Source: a virus. Taken from it: a stretch of DNA of 64,000 bases. The notes under the pieces were generated by a model. It made no database searches. It had not been told where the DNA came from and saw only the letters and a list, made by a program, of their open reading frames with translations. The stretch covers positions 1-64,000 of IMG/VR virus record IMGVR_UViG_3300030380_005342. One strand, given 5' to 3'. A program made the translations under genes and the position numbers. Every line of letters begins with the position of its first letter. Within the stretch, counting starts at the first letter, position 1. Of the stretch, positions 42,733 through 52,260 are shown in pieces.

Positions 42733-42765
42733 GGACAAGGGGGGCGAAAGCCCCCCTTGTTCATT
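42733..42765 (+). terminator. Strong hairpin after gp23 (likely terminator or mRNA-stabilising stem)
   Basis: ACAAGGGGGGC-GAAA-GCCCCCCTTGT, 11-bp stem with GNRA loop; weak T-tract. Confidence 0.8.
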
Positions 42766-42768
42766 ACC

Positions 42769-42774
42769 TACATA
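42769..42774 (+). promoter_or_regulatory. Late promoter variant TACATA, 5 nt upstream of gp3 ATG
   Basis: CTACATA-ATTGT-ATG right after the gp23 hairpin, no SD. Confidence 0.55.
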
Positions 42775-42779
42775 ATTGT

Positions 42780-43436
42780 ATGAGCGAATTTGATCAAAAT
42801 CCTTTTTTAGATTTTAAGCAACAGTTTGATTTTTCTGGGGTTACATCAGAGTCCATCTTCACGAAAGGCTTTAACCTTCCGGGTGTGACCTTTGGTGCAG
42901 AGACATCAAATCCAAACAGCAATCCTAGAAAACAACCAACAAATGTAAACTATCTTTATCAAACTTTTTTCAGATTTAGCATTCAAGGTTTTGATAAATT
43001 TAATTACTTTTGTCAGGCGGTGACACTTCCCGGCTTTGGTCCCGGTGATGCAGTAACACAAGCCACACGATTCTCAAATTTAAAAATACCTACCACAAAA
43101 GTAACCTTTGATAATCTCGATGTTACCTTTTTGGTTGATGAAGATATGGCGAATTGGAGAGAGATACAAAACTGGATGAAAACAATTTACTTGATTGAAG
43201 ACCACAAAGGTCTTGAAAAGGAGTTTTCAAATCAGATTCGTGATGGTGAGTTGATTATTTTAAATAGTGCAATGAAAGCAAACCTTCATATTAAATTTAA
43301 AAATATCTTTCCTGTTTCTTTGTCTGGTCTTGAGTTTGATTCGAGTGTGAGTGATCTGACACCATTTACCGCCACTGCTTCCTTCGCGTTTGACACCTAT
43401 GACTTCGTAGATCCTGAATCTGGATTTTCTCTGTGA
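42780..43436 (+). CDS. gp3: Tail tube terminator / completion protein gp3
   Basis: NYL....F.F, YFCQ...LPG, L.VTFLVDEDM.NW.EI..W, F...FP.SL..L.FD; follows gp23. Confidence 0.88.
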   Translation: MSEFDQNPFLDFKQQFDFSGVTSESIFTKGFNLPGVTFGAETSNPNSNPRKQPTNVNYLYQTFFRFSIQGFDKFNYFCQAVTLPGFGPGDAVTQATRFSNLKIPTTKVTFDNLDVTFLVDEDMANWREIQNWMKTIYLIEDHKGLEKEFSNQIRDGELIILNSAMKANLHIKFKNIFPVSLSGLEFDSSVSDLTPFTATASFAFDTYDFVDPESGFSL

Positions 43437-43443
43437 TTCCCTA

Positions 43444-43471
43444 TTGACACGACCTCTTTGCCCATTATAAT
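43444..43471 (+). promoter_or_regulatory. Host sigma70-type promoter for uvsY
   Basis: TTGACA (43444-49), 16 nt, TATAAT (43466-71). Confidence 0.85.
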
Positions 43472-43506
43472 CCGAGTGTCAACGAGAAAAAGGGTAATAA
43501 GATTAC

Positions 43507-43944
43507 ATGATGGATCTAAAAGAACTTAGAGAACAGGTAGAGCGGGATGCTCGTATTAATGACACAGAACTCGATACCGAGAGCCTGCGACTACCTCAAC
43601 TTCACAACAAATATCTCAATTTATATCACGATGCAAAGTTGTGGTATGAGAAAGCCGCAAATGAATACAATCGACTCTACAAGTTGAAGTGGGAATACTA
43701 CACTGGAAAGATCGATGCGGAAACCTTAAAACAAAAAGGATGGGAACCTTTTGACCACAAAATTCTACGCAACGATGTGAGTGTCTACATGAATGGGGAT
43801 GATGATCTCTGCAATCGAAAAGAAAGAATGGCATACATCCAGTCTATTGTAAACTATCTTGATGAGGTCGTGAAAGAGATCACCTTCCGACATACCAAGA
43901 TCAAGAATGCAATCGAGTGGCGTAGATTCTTATCTGGAGGATAA
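43507..43944 (+). CDS. uvsY: Recombination mediator UvsY
   Basis: D..I....LD.ESL..P.LH.KYL, KWEYY.GK, PFD.K.L..D, IKNAIEW..F. Confidence 0.95.
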   Translation: MMDLKELREQVERDARINDTELDTESLRLPQLHNKYLNLYHDAKLWYEKAANEYNRLYKLKWEYYTGKIDAETLKQKGWEPFDHKILRNDVSVYMNGDDDLCNRKERMAYIQSIVNYLDEVVKEITFRHTKIKNAIEWRRFLSGG

Positions 43945-43947
43945 ATA
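43942..43947 (+). promoter_or_regulatory. Late promoter TAAATA upstream of uvsW
   Basis: ATAAATA 7 nt before ATG; uvsW is a late gene in T4. Confidence 0.55.
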
Positions 43948-43954
43948 CTAATGT

Positions 43955-45469
43955 ATGCCAGATTATGTGATCGAGGAGTTAGACTCCTGTAATATCAAAG
44001 TGAAGTGTGAGAGACATCATGCAAAAGAGTTGTCTGATTTCTTCACGTTCAAGGTTCCCGGTCACAAGTTTATGCCCTCCTATCGTGCGAAGAAGTGGGA
44101 CGGGCAAATCAAACTATACAACATGTATTCACAAAAAATCTATGCAGGGCTTGAATCCTATATCATCAAGTTCTGCAAAGATCGTGGCTACACGATTGAG
44201 ACACCAAATCGCACAAAAAAGAAATGGTCAGCAGACCACCTAGAATCGCTTCTGAGCGGTTTGGACATTCAGTTGGGTGGGAAGCCTGTAAAACCACACG
44301 ATCACCAGAAAGAAGCCATCCTACATGGCATGAACACAGAGCGTTGTCTGCTGCTGTCACCCACAGGATCGGGTAAATCTTTGATCATTTATACACTTAT
44401 GAGACATTTCATGAACCTTACTCCCGAGGACAAAAAGGTTCTGGTCATCGTACCCACCGTGGGTCTGGTTTCACAAATGTTTCACGACTTTATCGAGTAT
44501 GGCGGGGAAGGCTGGAACGCCCGAACGCATTGTCACATGCTCTACTCAGGAAAGGAGAAAGCAACTCGCAGTCGAGTTGTGATATCAACATGGCAATCAT
44601 TAGTAAACATGCCCGAAGAATTCTTTCAACAATTTGGGACTGTCTTTGGAGACGAAGCACACCTGTTCAAATCGAAATCATTGAAACAAATCCTCTCCCG
44701 CTTGACCATGTGTCCATATCGTATTGCAACGACCGGGACACTTGACGGACTACTAACACACAAGTTAGTCATCGAAGGTTTGTTTGGTCCGACCAAGAAA
44801 GTCGTGACCACCAAGAAGTTGATGGAACGCAAACTTCTTTCTGACTTGACTATCGATTGTCTGTTGCTATCATATGGAGGAACTGATCGACAGTTCATGC
44901 GTAGAACACAGTATGCAGATGAGATGGAATGGATTGTAACAGACAATCGCAGAAACAAATTTATTTGTGATCTAGCGAAAAATACAAAAGGCAACACTCT
45001 CATACTGTTTCAATTTGTCGAAAAGCACGGAAAGGTTTTGCACGAAATGCTCAAGGATTGTGATCGACCAGTTCATTTTATCTACGGTGGAACAGACGTA
45101 GAACAGCGAGAACAGGCTCGTAAACTGGTCGAACAGACAGATGATTCAATTATCATTGCATCCTACGGAACTTTTTCAACTGGTGTGAACATCAAACGCC
45201 TAAATAATATTGTGTTCGCGTCACCTTCGAAGAGCCGTGTACGGGTGCTACAGAGTATTGGAAGACAACTTAGAAAGTCTGTTCACAAAAGCACCGCACG
45301 CCTCTACGACATAGTTGATGATTTGTCATGGAAAAAATATGACAATCATACACTTCGCCATTTCCATGAGCGAAAGAAAATATATGATACAGAAGGTTTC
45401 GATTATAAGGTCGTAAAGATCCCACTAACAGGAGAGCGAAATGAGCAAAATCCCTTTCAAGGTTCTTAA
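43955..45469 (+). CDS. uvsW: SF2 DNA helicase UvsW
   Basis: FTF.VPG.KFMP.Y....WDG.I.L, SPTGSGKS, GDEAH, TGTL, GTFSTGVNI, LQSIGR.LR. Confidence 0.97.
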   Translation: MPDYVIEELDSCNIKVKCERHHAKELSDFFTFKVPGHKFMPSYRAKKWDGQIKLYNMYSQKIYAGLESYIIKFCKDRGYTIETPNRTKKKWSADHLESLLSGLDIQLGGKPVKPHDHQKEAILHGMNTERCLLLSPTGSGKSLIIYTLMRHFMNLTPEDKKVLVIVPTVGLVSQMFHDFIEYGGEGWNARTHCHMLYSGKEKATRSRVVISTWQSLVNMPEEFFQQFGTVFGDEAHLFKSKSLKQILSRLTMCPYRIATTGTLDGLLTHKLVIEGLFGPTKKVVTTKKLMERKLLSDLTIDCLLLSYGGTDRQFMRRTQYADEMEWIVTDNRRNKFICDLAKNTKGNTLILFQFVEKHGKVLHEMLKDCDRPVHFIYGGTDVEQREQARKLVEQTDDSIIIASYGTFSTGVNIKRLNNIVFASPSKSRVRVLQSIGRQLRKSVHKSTARLYDIVDDLSWKKYDNHTLRHFHERKKIYDTEGFDYKVVKIPLTGERNEQNPFQGS

Positions 45470-46013
45470 ACTAAAAAGCGGTGATGATGTTATTGCAAAA
45501 TTAGTCAAAAATACGAAAGACAAGATTCAACTAGAACGTCCGATGGTTATGAAAATCATGCACTATGTTGAGCCGATGAGCGGGGCAAAAAAAGAAACAG
45601 TAATCCTGTACGACTGGTTGAAAACAACCATTGAAAATAAAATCATGATTGAAAAGGATTTTGTGGTTGGAATTTTCCATCCAGATCCAGATATTCTCAA
45701 AGCATATGAGATTCAAAAAAATATGGATGATCAAGCACAAAAAGGTTTCATTGTTGATAAACTTCCTAAAACAAAAACCAACCCATCACCCGAGAGCGGC
45801 ATGGAAAATATTCTTAGGATGGTAAAGGATAAAATTGATCAGGAGAGAAAAAATATCGAGGAATATTTTGAGGATGGTAACTCCTTTCTTGAAGATATTG
45901 TTGATGATTCGGATGAGGAAGTCACTCTCGTAAATGATGATATTGAAAGAAGAGAAGATTATGGTAACTCATATACAGACTGGTCACCAAATCCAGAAGA
46001 CTACTTGACATAA
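45441..46013 (+). CDS. Conserved hypothetical protein (possible Sm-like N-terminus)
   Basis: KLKSGDDVIA start; uvsW-gp55 position typical of marine T4-like phages. Confidence 0.55.
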   Translation: MSKIPFKVLKLKSGDDVIAKLVKNTKDKIQLERPMVMKIMHYVEPMSGAKKETVILYDWLKTTIENKIMIEKDFVVGIFHPDPDILKAYEIQKNMDDQAQKGFIVDKLPKTKTNPSPESGMENILRMVKDKIDQERKNIEEYFEDGNSFLEDIVDDSDEEVTLVNDDIERREDYGNSYTDWSPNPEDYLT

Positions 46014-46032
46014 TCATAAAATGCAGTAAGGT
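46005..46032 (+). promoter_or_regulatory. sigma70-type promoter for gp55
   Basis: TTGACA (46005-10), 16 nt, TAAGGT (46027-32), 6 nt to ATG. Confidence 0.55.
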
Positions 46033-46038
46033 GTGTGA

Positions 46039-46563
46039 ATGACTAATCACTATGTGGACAACAAAAAGTTTTTTCAGGAAATGACTGACTGGAAAAAAAG
46101 AGTGCGAGATGCAGAGGAGTCTGATGATCCCATTCCACAAGTGACCGAGTATATCGGTGAATGCTTTTTATTAATCGCAGAGAGATTAGCAACACGACCA
46201 AATTTTGTAAATTACCCGTACAAAGAAGAGATGATTGGTGACGCAATCGAAAACTGTTTGGTTGCAGCAAACAACTTTGATCCTGATAAGTCAAGCAATC
46301 CATTCGCATATTTTACGCAGATCACATACTTTGCTTTTTTGCGTAGAATTCAAAGAGAAAAAAAGCAAGACACAATCAAATACAAAATGATGGAGGCTGC
46401 TGATGCGAAAGGTGAACTTGCTTCGATCTTAGATCCAGATGGGAACTCTACAGATCCTTATGCAGACTATCTGAAATTGAATCCTAGTGATGTCGTAAAA
46501 ACAGAAACTACAAAGAAGAAAAAAACAAGAAAGAAAAAAAATAATACTGAGGAATTGTTTTGA
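46039..46563 (+). CDS. gp55: Late transcription sigma factor gp55
   Basis: HYVDNK.F, YIGECF..IA..L..RPNF.NY.Y.EEMI.D.IENC, NFDP.KS.NPFAYFTQI.YFAFLRRI..EKKQ. Confidence 0.97.
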   Translation: MTNHYVDNKKFFQEMTDWKKRVRDAEESDDPIPQVTEYIGECFLLIAERLATRPNFVNYPYKEEMIGDAIENCLVAANNFDPDKSSNPFAYFTQITYFAFLRRIQREKKQDTIKYKMMEAADAKGELASILDPDGNSTDPYADYLKLNPSDVVKTETTKKKKTRKKKNNTEELF

Positions 46564-47609
46564 AAATTGCAATCATCTGTGATACACATTTTGGTGCAAG
46601 AAATGACGGACAAATTTTCCTAGATTACTACTTCAAGTTTTTTGATGACGTATTTTTTCCTGCCTGCAAAGAACGTGGTGTAAAACATATTTTGCACTTA
46701 GGCGATCTCATGGATCGCAGAAAGTTCGTCAACTTCAATACGCTTGCACAGGTTCGTGAGCGTTTCATGGATCGACTTCAAGGTATGGAAGTCCACTGTA
46801 TTGTTGGCAACCACGACACCTACTTTAAAAACACCAACGAAGTCAACTCACCAAAAGAGTTGTTTGGTTCTCGGTATCCAGACTTTCATATCTATGACAC
46901 CCCAGTGGAACTGACCTTCGACAATACAAAGATTGCGATGATTCCGTGGATCAACAAAGGCAACGAACAAAAGTCGATTGACTTTATCAATCAAACAGAC
47001 GCAACCATTCTTGCAGGACATTTTGAACTTGAGGGTTATCAAGTCATGCGTGGAGTGAAGTATACGGATGGTATGAAGTCTGATATGCTACAACGGTTTG
47101 ATAGAGTTTGGTCGGGTCACTTTCACCAAAAGCACGAAGAGAACAATGTGTGTTACTTTGGCACTGCGTATCAAATGACATTTGCAGACCTTTTTGAAAA
47201 GAAAGGTTTTCACATTTACGATACGGAGACAGATGAAATTGAGTTTGTGCCAAATCCCGACAAACTTTTTCATGCTATCCCATACAACGATGATATTGAT
47301 ATTGCATTGATTGATTTCCGACAGTATCAAAAGCGATACGTCAAAGTCTTCGTACACGATAAGAAAGATGCAAAGAAGTTTGATCGACTTATTGAAAAAC
47401 TATATGAAAATCATGCCGAGAGTGTGACCATTCTTGAAAATGAAACACCGACCAGCGAAAAGGTAGAGGTTGACAAAGACGCACTTTCAACCGATACTAT
47501 GACATTGATTAGTTCATATGTTGATGATGTATTCTCTGATGATCCAGAGGAATGTAAAAGACTAAAAGATGTGTTCAAGGAGTTGTTCCTTGAGTCATTT
47601 GATGTGTAG
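46560..47609 (+). CDS. gp47: Recombination endonuclease subunit gp47 (Mre11/SbcD-like)
   Basis: DTHFG.R, HLGD..DRRK, GNHD.Y.KN, GHFE, SGHFH metallophosphoesterase motifs; TTG start. Confidence 0.96.
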   Translation: MKIAIICDTHFGARNDGQIFLDYYFKFFDDVFFPACKERGVKHILHLGDLMDRRKFVNFNTLAQVRERFMDRLQGMEVHCIVGNHDTYFKNTNEVNSPKELFGSRYPDFHIYDTPVELTFDNTKIAMIPWINKGNEQKSIDFINQTDATILAGHFELEGYQVMRGVKYTDGMKSDMLQRFDRVWSGHFHQKHEENNVCYFGTAYQMTFADLFEKKGFHIYDTETDEIEFVPNPDKLFHAIPYNDDIDIALIDFRQYQKRYVKVFVHDKKDAKKFDRLIEKLYENHAESVTILENETPTSEKVEVDKDALSTDTMTLISSYVDDVFSDDPEECKRLKDVFKELFLESFDV

Positions 47610-47617
47610 GAGTTATT

Positions 47618-49291
47618 ATGAAAAACGTATTAGGAATTCATGGAAGCCATGACGCTTCCTTTACCTTCATTGACAAGAATGATAAACTTCGTGTCATTGA
47701 AGTGGAGCGGTTGGTCAAAAAAAGATACGCTGCATTTTCAGTTGAACACGATATTACAAAACGAAGTTTTTCTATTGATGATGATGAAAGAGGTTATGTT
47801 TTAGAATACGTTTCCTCACTTATGAGTGACCCAAATGAAATTGACACAATCGTATATGGTGATCTAAATGCATTAGATCAAGAACGCATCAGTGAGTTTT
47901 TTCCGAATGCGAAGTTTGAGCATTTTCCACACCACGAAGCACATGCGTATTGCGCACACTACCAATCTGGTTTCGATAAATCTATTATCCTTTCTGTTGA
48001 TGGTGGCGGAACAAGACAATGGCTGAAACCAGAATTGCAATCAGAAAATTGTATGAGACAGGTTACATTCACACAAAAATTTCTTGGTGATGAAAAACAC
48101 ATTACAGAATTAGGAAATTACAACATTGATTTTGGAACCATTTACAGTAAGATTGGATGGGTTTGCTCTGATCTCAAAAAAAGAGAAGATGATGATCTCA
48201 CATGGGCAGGAAAAATCATGGGTCTATGTGGGTATGGTAATGTAAGAGAAGAGTGGATTTCTGCCATGAACGATACTTACCTGAATTCATCAAAGATAAC
48301 ACTTGACCCAAAAAATCCTGAGACTATTCGCTTACACCATCTATCGGCACTAAATGAGGTCGTTAGACCAGATGAAAAGTTTAATCTAGACTGTTTATCA
48401 GGACAAGACGCATGGGATTTGGCAGCGACCAGTCAGTTTGTTTTTTCTAGCATGTTGTTCAGTTGGATATATTCAGAAGTAAAAAGATATCCAGATAGAG
48501 ATGTAGTGATGACAGGTGGCTGTGCATTGAATGTTCTTTTCAACCAAGCCCTTTCAGAGTTTTTACATGCTCGTGGCAAAAAACTGTATGTGCCACCCAA
48601 TCCAAATGATTGTGGTTTGTCTTTAGGATATTTCTTATCAAAAACAGATGGGAAGTATCGAGGTGATGATTTTGTGTACGATGGCGTTGAACTCTTAGAC
48701 AAAGATAAACTTGATGAGTATGTAAAAGAAAGAAACGCAAAGAAGGTTGAGATTTCAGAGGTTGTTGATCTTTTAAAAGAGGGCATGATCATCGGTGTCA
48801 TAAACGGTGACTCAGAAATCGGTCCTAGAGCGTTGGGCAATCGTAGTATCATTTGCGATCCATCTTATAAAAACATGAAAGATACACTAAACGCGAAAGT
48901 TAAATTTAGAGAGTGGTATCGACCATTTGCTCCAGTTTGTTTGTTGGAAGATTCATTTAAGTTTTTTCATGATGTATATGAATCAAAGTACATGAGTCTT
49001 GCACCAATGGTCAGAGAGGAATTTAGGGATTCTTTGAGTGCCATCACTCATGTTGATGGAACTTCTAGATTACAAACTGTTTGCGAGGAAACAGGTCATG
49101 AATTTTTCAGAGAGGTTCTTCTTGAGTTGAGACAGAGAGGGGAGATTCCTGTAATCTTAAATACGTCCTTTAACATTAGGGGCAAGCCAATTCTCACGAC
49201 AATTGAGGACGCTCTTTATGTTTTAGACAATACCGAACTTGATTATGTTTTAGTCGAAGGATATCTTTTTAAGAATGATAAAATTTCATAA
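47618..49291 (+). CDS. Carbamoyltransferase (NodU/CmcH/TobZ family)
   Basis: HDAS, HHEAHA, DGGG, GKIMGL..YG, GGCALNV, P.PND.G, EIGPRALGNRSI, KFREWYRPFAP, HVDGT.R.QT, LNTSFN. Confidence 0.95.
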   Translation: MKNVLGIHGSHDASFTFIDKNDKLRVIEVERLVKKRYAAFSVEHDITKRSFSIDDDERGYVLEYVSSLMSDPNEIDTIVYGDLNALDQERISEFFPNAKFEHFPHHEAHAYCAHYQSGFDKSIILSVDGGGTRQWLKPELQSENCMRQVTFTQKFLGDEKHITELGNYNIDFGTIYSKIGWVCSDLKKREDDDLTWAGKIMGLCGYGNVREEWISAMNDTYLNSSKITLDPKNPETIRLHHLSALNEVVRPDEKFNLDCLSGQDAWDLAATSQFVFSSMLFSWIYSEVKRYPDRDVVMTGGCALNVLFNQALSEFLHARGKKLYVPPNPNDCGLSLGYFLSKTDGKYRGDDFVYDGVELLDKDKLDEYVKERNAKKVEISEVVDLLKEGMIIGVINGDSEIGPRALGNRSIICDPSYKNMKDTLNAKVKFREWYRPFAPVCLLEDSFKFFHDVYESKYMSLAPMVREEFRDSLSAITHVDGTSRLQTVCEETGHEFFREVLLELRQRGEIPVILNTSFNIRGKPILTTIEDALYVLDNTELDYVLVEGYLFKNDKIS

Positions 49292-50993
49292 AGTACGTTT
49301 CAAAAACTTTGGGTCTTTCGGCAACAACTTCACCGAGGTTGAACTTGATCGTCACCAAACAAGTCTGATCACTGGTCTGAATGGACACGGCAAGTCTTTT
49401 GCCTTGCTTGATTCAATCACCTTCGCACTGTTCGGTAAACCGTTTCGTAAGATTAACATTCCACAGTTGGTAAACTCACTCAACGAAAAAGAGTGTCTTG
49501 TTGAGGTTGAGTTTTCAGCAGGAGAAGATTCTTATCTGATTCGAAGAGGACTCAAGCCAAAGGTGTTTGAGGTTTTCAAGAACAATGACTTGGTTGACAT
49601 CGCGGCAAAGTCAAAAGACTACCAACGTATGTTGGAGGAGCAAGTCCTTCGCATGAACTACAAGTCTTTCACACAGGTTGTGATTCTCGGCTCGTCTTCG
49701 TTCGTGCCTTTCATGCAGTTGTCGGCAGCGGATCGAAGAACAGTTATTGAAGATATTCTTGACATTCAAGTATTCTCAAACATGAACAGTGTTCTTCGTG
49801 ATAAAACTGCAATGGTAAAAAATGAAATCACCGATATCAACAAAGCACTTCAAATTAACAAAGAACGTGCGACTGGCGTGGTTACGTTGATTGAGTCCTT
49901 GAAGAAAAAAAATAATCAACAAATAGAAACACTTGAAGACGAGATCAACATCAACAAAGCCGAGCAACAGCAGCATGATGATGAACTTGATGTGCTGGAC
50001 AAACAGATTCAAACCCATCTGGAAAGTATCACGGATGAAAGAGATGTGGAATCAAGGATCAAAAAGTATGACAAGGCAAGGGGAAAGATGGAAAGAGAGA
50101 TGAACAATCTCAAAAAGAATCTTTCTTTTTACACTGACAATGAAACCTGTCCAGTGTGTCACTCTGAAATATCAAAAGACAAAAAAGAAAAAGAAATACA
50201 GAAAACATCTAATACGTTAGATGAGTTACAAAAGGCTACGAAAGAACTTGAGAGATATGAACAAAAACAGATTGATCGATCAAATGAAATCGCAGCGACA
50301 CAAGATAATATTCGTCAACTCTCTGATGACAGGATTCGTGTTAACACCTCTAGAAAAAATACCATAAAGTCTGGTCAAAAACTTGAGGCTAAACTTGAAG
50401 AGGCAAAGAAAGCAGACACCACAGATCTCGATGATGCAAAACAAAAACTAGAAATCGCAAAGGCGGATCGTGAGAAAAGCATGGATCGCAAAGACGATCT
50501 GCTCGTCAAGAAAAACACTTACGGCAATGCTGCCGACATGCTCAAGGATACTGGTATCAAGGCAAAGGTAATTAAGTATTATCTTCCTGTGATCAACAGC
50601 CTCATCAACAAGTATCTCAAAGACATGGAGTTTTTTGTTTCGTTCGAACTTGATGAAAACTTCAATGAAACAATCAAAAGTCGGCATCGTGATACCTTCT
50701 CATATATGTCCTTTTCTGAGGGCGAGAAGATGCGTATAGACCTTGCGATTCTTTTGGCATGGAGAGAGGTTTCCAGACTCAAGAACTCGGCAAACACCAA
50801 TCTACTCATTCTAGATGAGGTATTCGATGCGTCCTTAGATGCCATGGGATCAGATGATTTCTTGAAACTTTTGAACAAATTGTCTGAAAAAAATCATATC
50901 TTCGTGATTTCACACAAATCAGACCAACTGGTTGATAAATTTCAGAACCAAATCACCTTCCAGAAGGCAGGCAACTTCTCTAGACTAATCTAA
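49275..50993 (+). CDS. gp46: Recombination ATPase subunit gp46 (Rad50/SbcC-like)
   Basis: KNFGSFG, Walker A GLNGHGKS, CPVC zinc hook, SFSEGEK.RIDLA, LDEVFD, ISH. Confidence 0.97.
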   Translation: MIKFHKVRFKNFGSFGNNFTEVELDRHQTSLITGLNGHGKSFALLDSITFALFGKPFRKINIPQLVNSLNEKECLVEVEFSAGEDSYLIRRGLKPKVFEVFKNNDLVDIAAKSKDYQRMLEEQVLRMNYKSFTQVVILGSSSFVPFMQLSAADRRTVIEDILDIQVFSNMNSVLRDKTAMVKNEITDINKALQINKERATGVVTLIESLKKKNNQQIETLEDEININKAEQQQHDDELDVLDKQIQTHLESITDERDVESRIKKYDKARGKMEREMNNLKKNLSFYTDNETCPVCHSEISKDKKEKEIQKTSNTLDELQKATKELERYEQKQIDRSNEIAATQDNIRQLSDDRIRVNTSRKNTIKSGQKLEAKLEEAKKADTTDLDDAKQKLEIAKADREKSMDRKDDLLVKKNTYGNAADMLKDTGIKAKVIKYYLPVINSLINKYLKDMEFFVSFELDENFNETIKSRHRDTFSYMSFSEGEKMRIDLAILLAWREVSRLKNSANTNLLILDEVFDASLDAMGSDDFLKLLNKLSEKNHIFVISHKSDQLVDKFQNQITFQKAGNFSRLI

Positions 50994-50997
50994 AACC

Positions 50998-51004
50998 CTA
51001 AATA
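50998..51004 (+). promoter_or_regulatory. Late promoter CTAAATA
   Basis: Followed by AGGAG SD and ATG 51023. Confidence 0.65.
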
Positions 51005-51022
51005 TCGTAGCAGGAGATTGCT

Positions 51023-52252
51023 ATGGCAGAATATCAGGGTAAACAAGTCAAACTGGATGATCCTTTTCGTCTTCCAAAAGGATCTAAAAAGAAGTTTGGC
51101 GTATATGTAAAAAATGACAAGGGCAATGTGATCATGGTCAAGTACGGTGATCCTAATTTGTCCATTAAAAGGGATGACCCTGAACGCCTGAAAAACTTTC
51201 GTGCAAGACACAACTGTGACCAAAAGAAGGATAAAACCACTCCGGGTTACTGGTCTTGCAAATTCTGGGAAAAGGGAAAGCCAGTGTCGAAACTATTGAA
51301 GCAAGGTAAAGTCTCTGAAACGTACATCGAATCAGAAGCGATGTATATGAACTTGACTTCACAACAAAAAGGAAGAAAACAAGCCAAAGTTTCTAGCGAG
51401 GGTGTTTTTGGTTACAAGACTGCCGTAGAAGAGGCTAAAAGAATCAAGAAACTATATCCAAAATCTAATGTCTCAATTATGCAGCACGCCAGAAAAGGTA
51501 ATTTTAAGTTTGCTACAGACAGTATCGGTATCCGCAGACTTGAAAAACAAGGATACGAAGTTGTTGAGGTTATTCGTGAGGGGATTGTTTCAGAGGCGGA
51601 ATGGTCACAAAAGTATAAAGATTCTATTGACTGTGACAACCCAAAGGGATTTTCACAAAAGGCTCACTGCGAAGGCAAGAAAAAGAAAGCCGAAGAAGAG
51701 CAAGAGTGCAACTGTGGGTGTGATGATTGCATGAACGAAGATGTGAACGAAGTATACAAAGACTCTGGGCTTGGCGACTGGTTCGGCAAAGGCGGAGGCG
51801 GAGGAAAAGAAAGTGGTGGATGGGATAGGTTCAACTCAGCCGGTGAGCGTATCGGTAAGTGTGGTGACGCAAAAAAAGGTGCAGCCTATTCAGCCTGTCT
51901 CTCAGCAGAGAAAGCCAAACAACTTGGCAAGAAAGGCATCGCAGACTTCGTTCAGAGAAAGCGTGCCGCACAAAAGAAAGCCGGAGACAAAGCCAAAGGT
52001 GGCGAATCTAAAAAAGGACAAAAACCAGTAATGGTAAAAACAGGAGCAAAAGGTTTGGACAAGAAAAACGAATCGTTAATGTCATTTGGAAAGTTTTTAC
52101 GAGAGGGCGAAAATAAACCAAACAATCCTGCTCTCTGGAAGAAAGCCATCGCAAAAGCAAAAGCAAAGTTTGATGTTTATCCATCAGCCTATGCCAACGC
52201 TTGGGCATCAAAGTGGTACAAGGGTAAAGGCGGAACTTGGAGTAAGAAGTAA
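51023..52252 (+). CDS. Modular Lys-rich hypothetical protein, candidate internal head (poly)protein
   Basis: Several small modules recurrent in T4-like phages (KKF.VYVK...V.YGDP...FRARH.C...YWSC; WS.KYK.SIDC.NPKGFSQKAHC; GL.DWF..GW; F.VYPSAYAN.W..K.YK..GG.W) separated by Glu-ending linkers. Confidence 0.6.
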   Translation: MAEYQGKQVKLDDPFRLPKGSKKKFGVYVKNDKGNVIMVKYGDPNLSIKRDDPERLKNFRARHNCDQKKDKTTPGYWSCKFWEKGKPVSKLLKQGKVSETYIESEAMYMNLTSQQKGRKQAKVSSEGVFGYKTAVEEAKRIKKLYPKSNVSIMQHARKGNFKFATDSIGIRRLEKQGYEVVEVIREGIVSEAEWSQKYKDSIDCDNPKGFSQKAHCEGKKKKAEEEQECNCGCDDCMNEDVNEVYKDSGLGDWFGKGGGGGKESGGWDRFNSAGERIGKCGDAKKGAAYSACLSAEKAKQLGKKGIADFVQRKRAAQKKAGDKAKGGESKKGQKPVMVKTGAKGLDKKNESLMSFGKFLREGENKPNNPALWKKAIAKAKAKFDVYPSAYANAWASKWYKGKGGTWSKK

Positions 52253-52260
52253 GGTTACCC

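Noticed and set aside
47470-47500. TTGACA inside gp47 as a promoter for the carbamoyltransferase
   Set aside because: No good -10 at the 16-nt spacing used by the other three promoters
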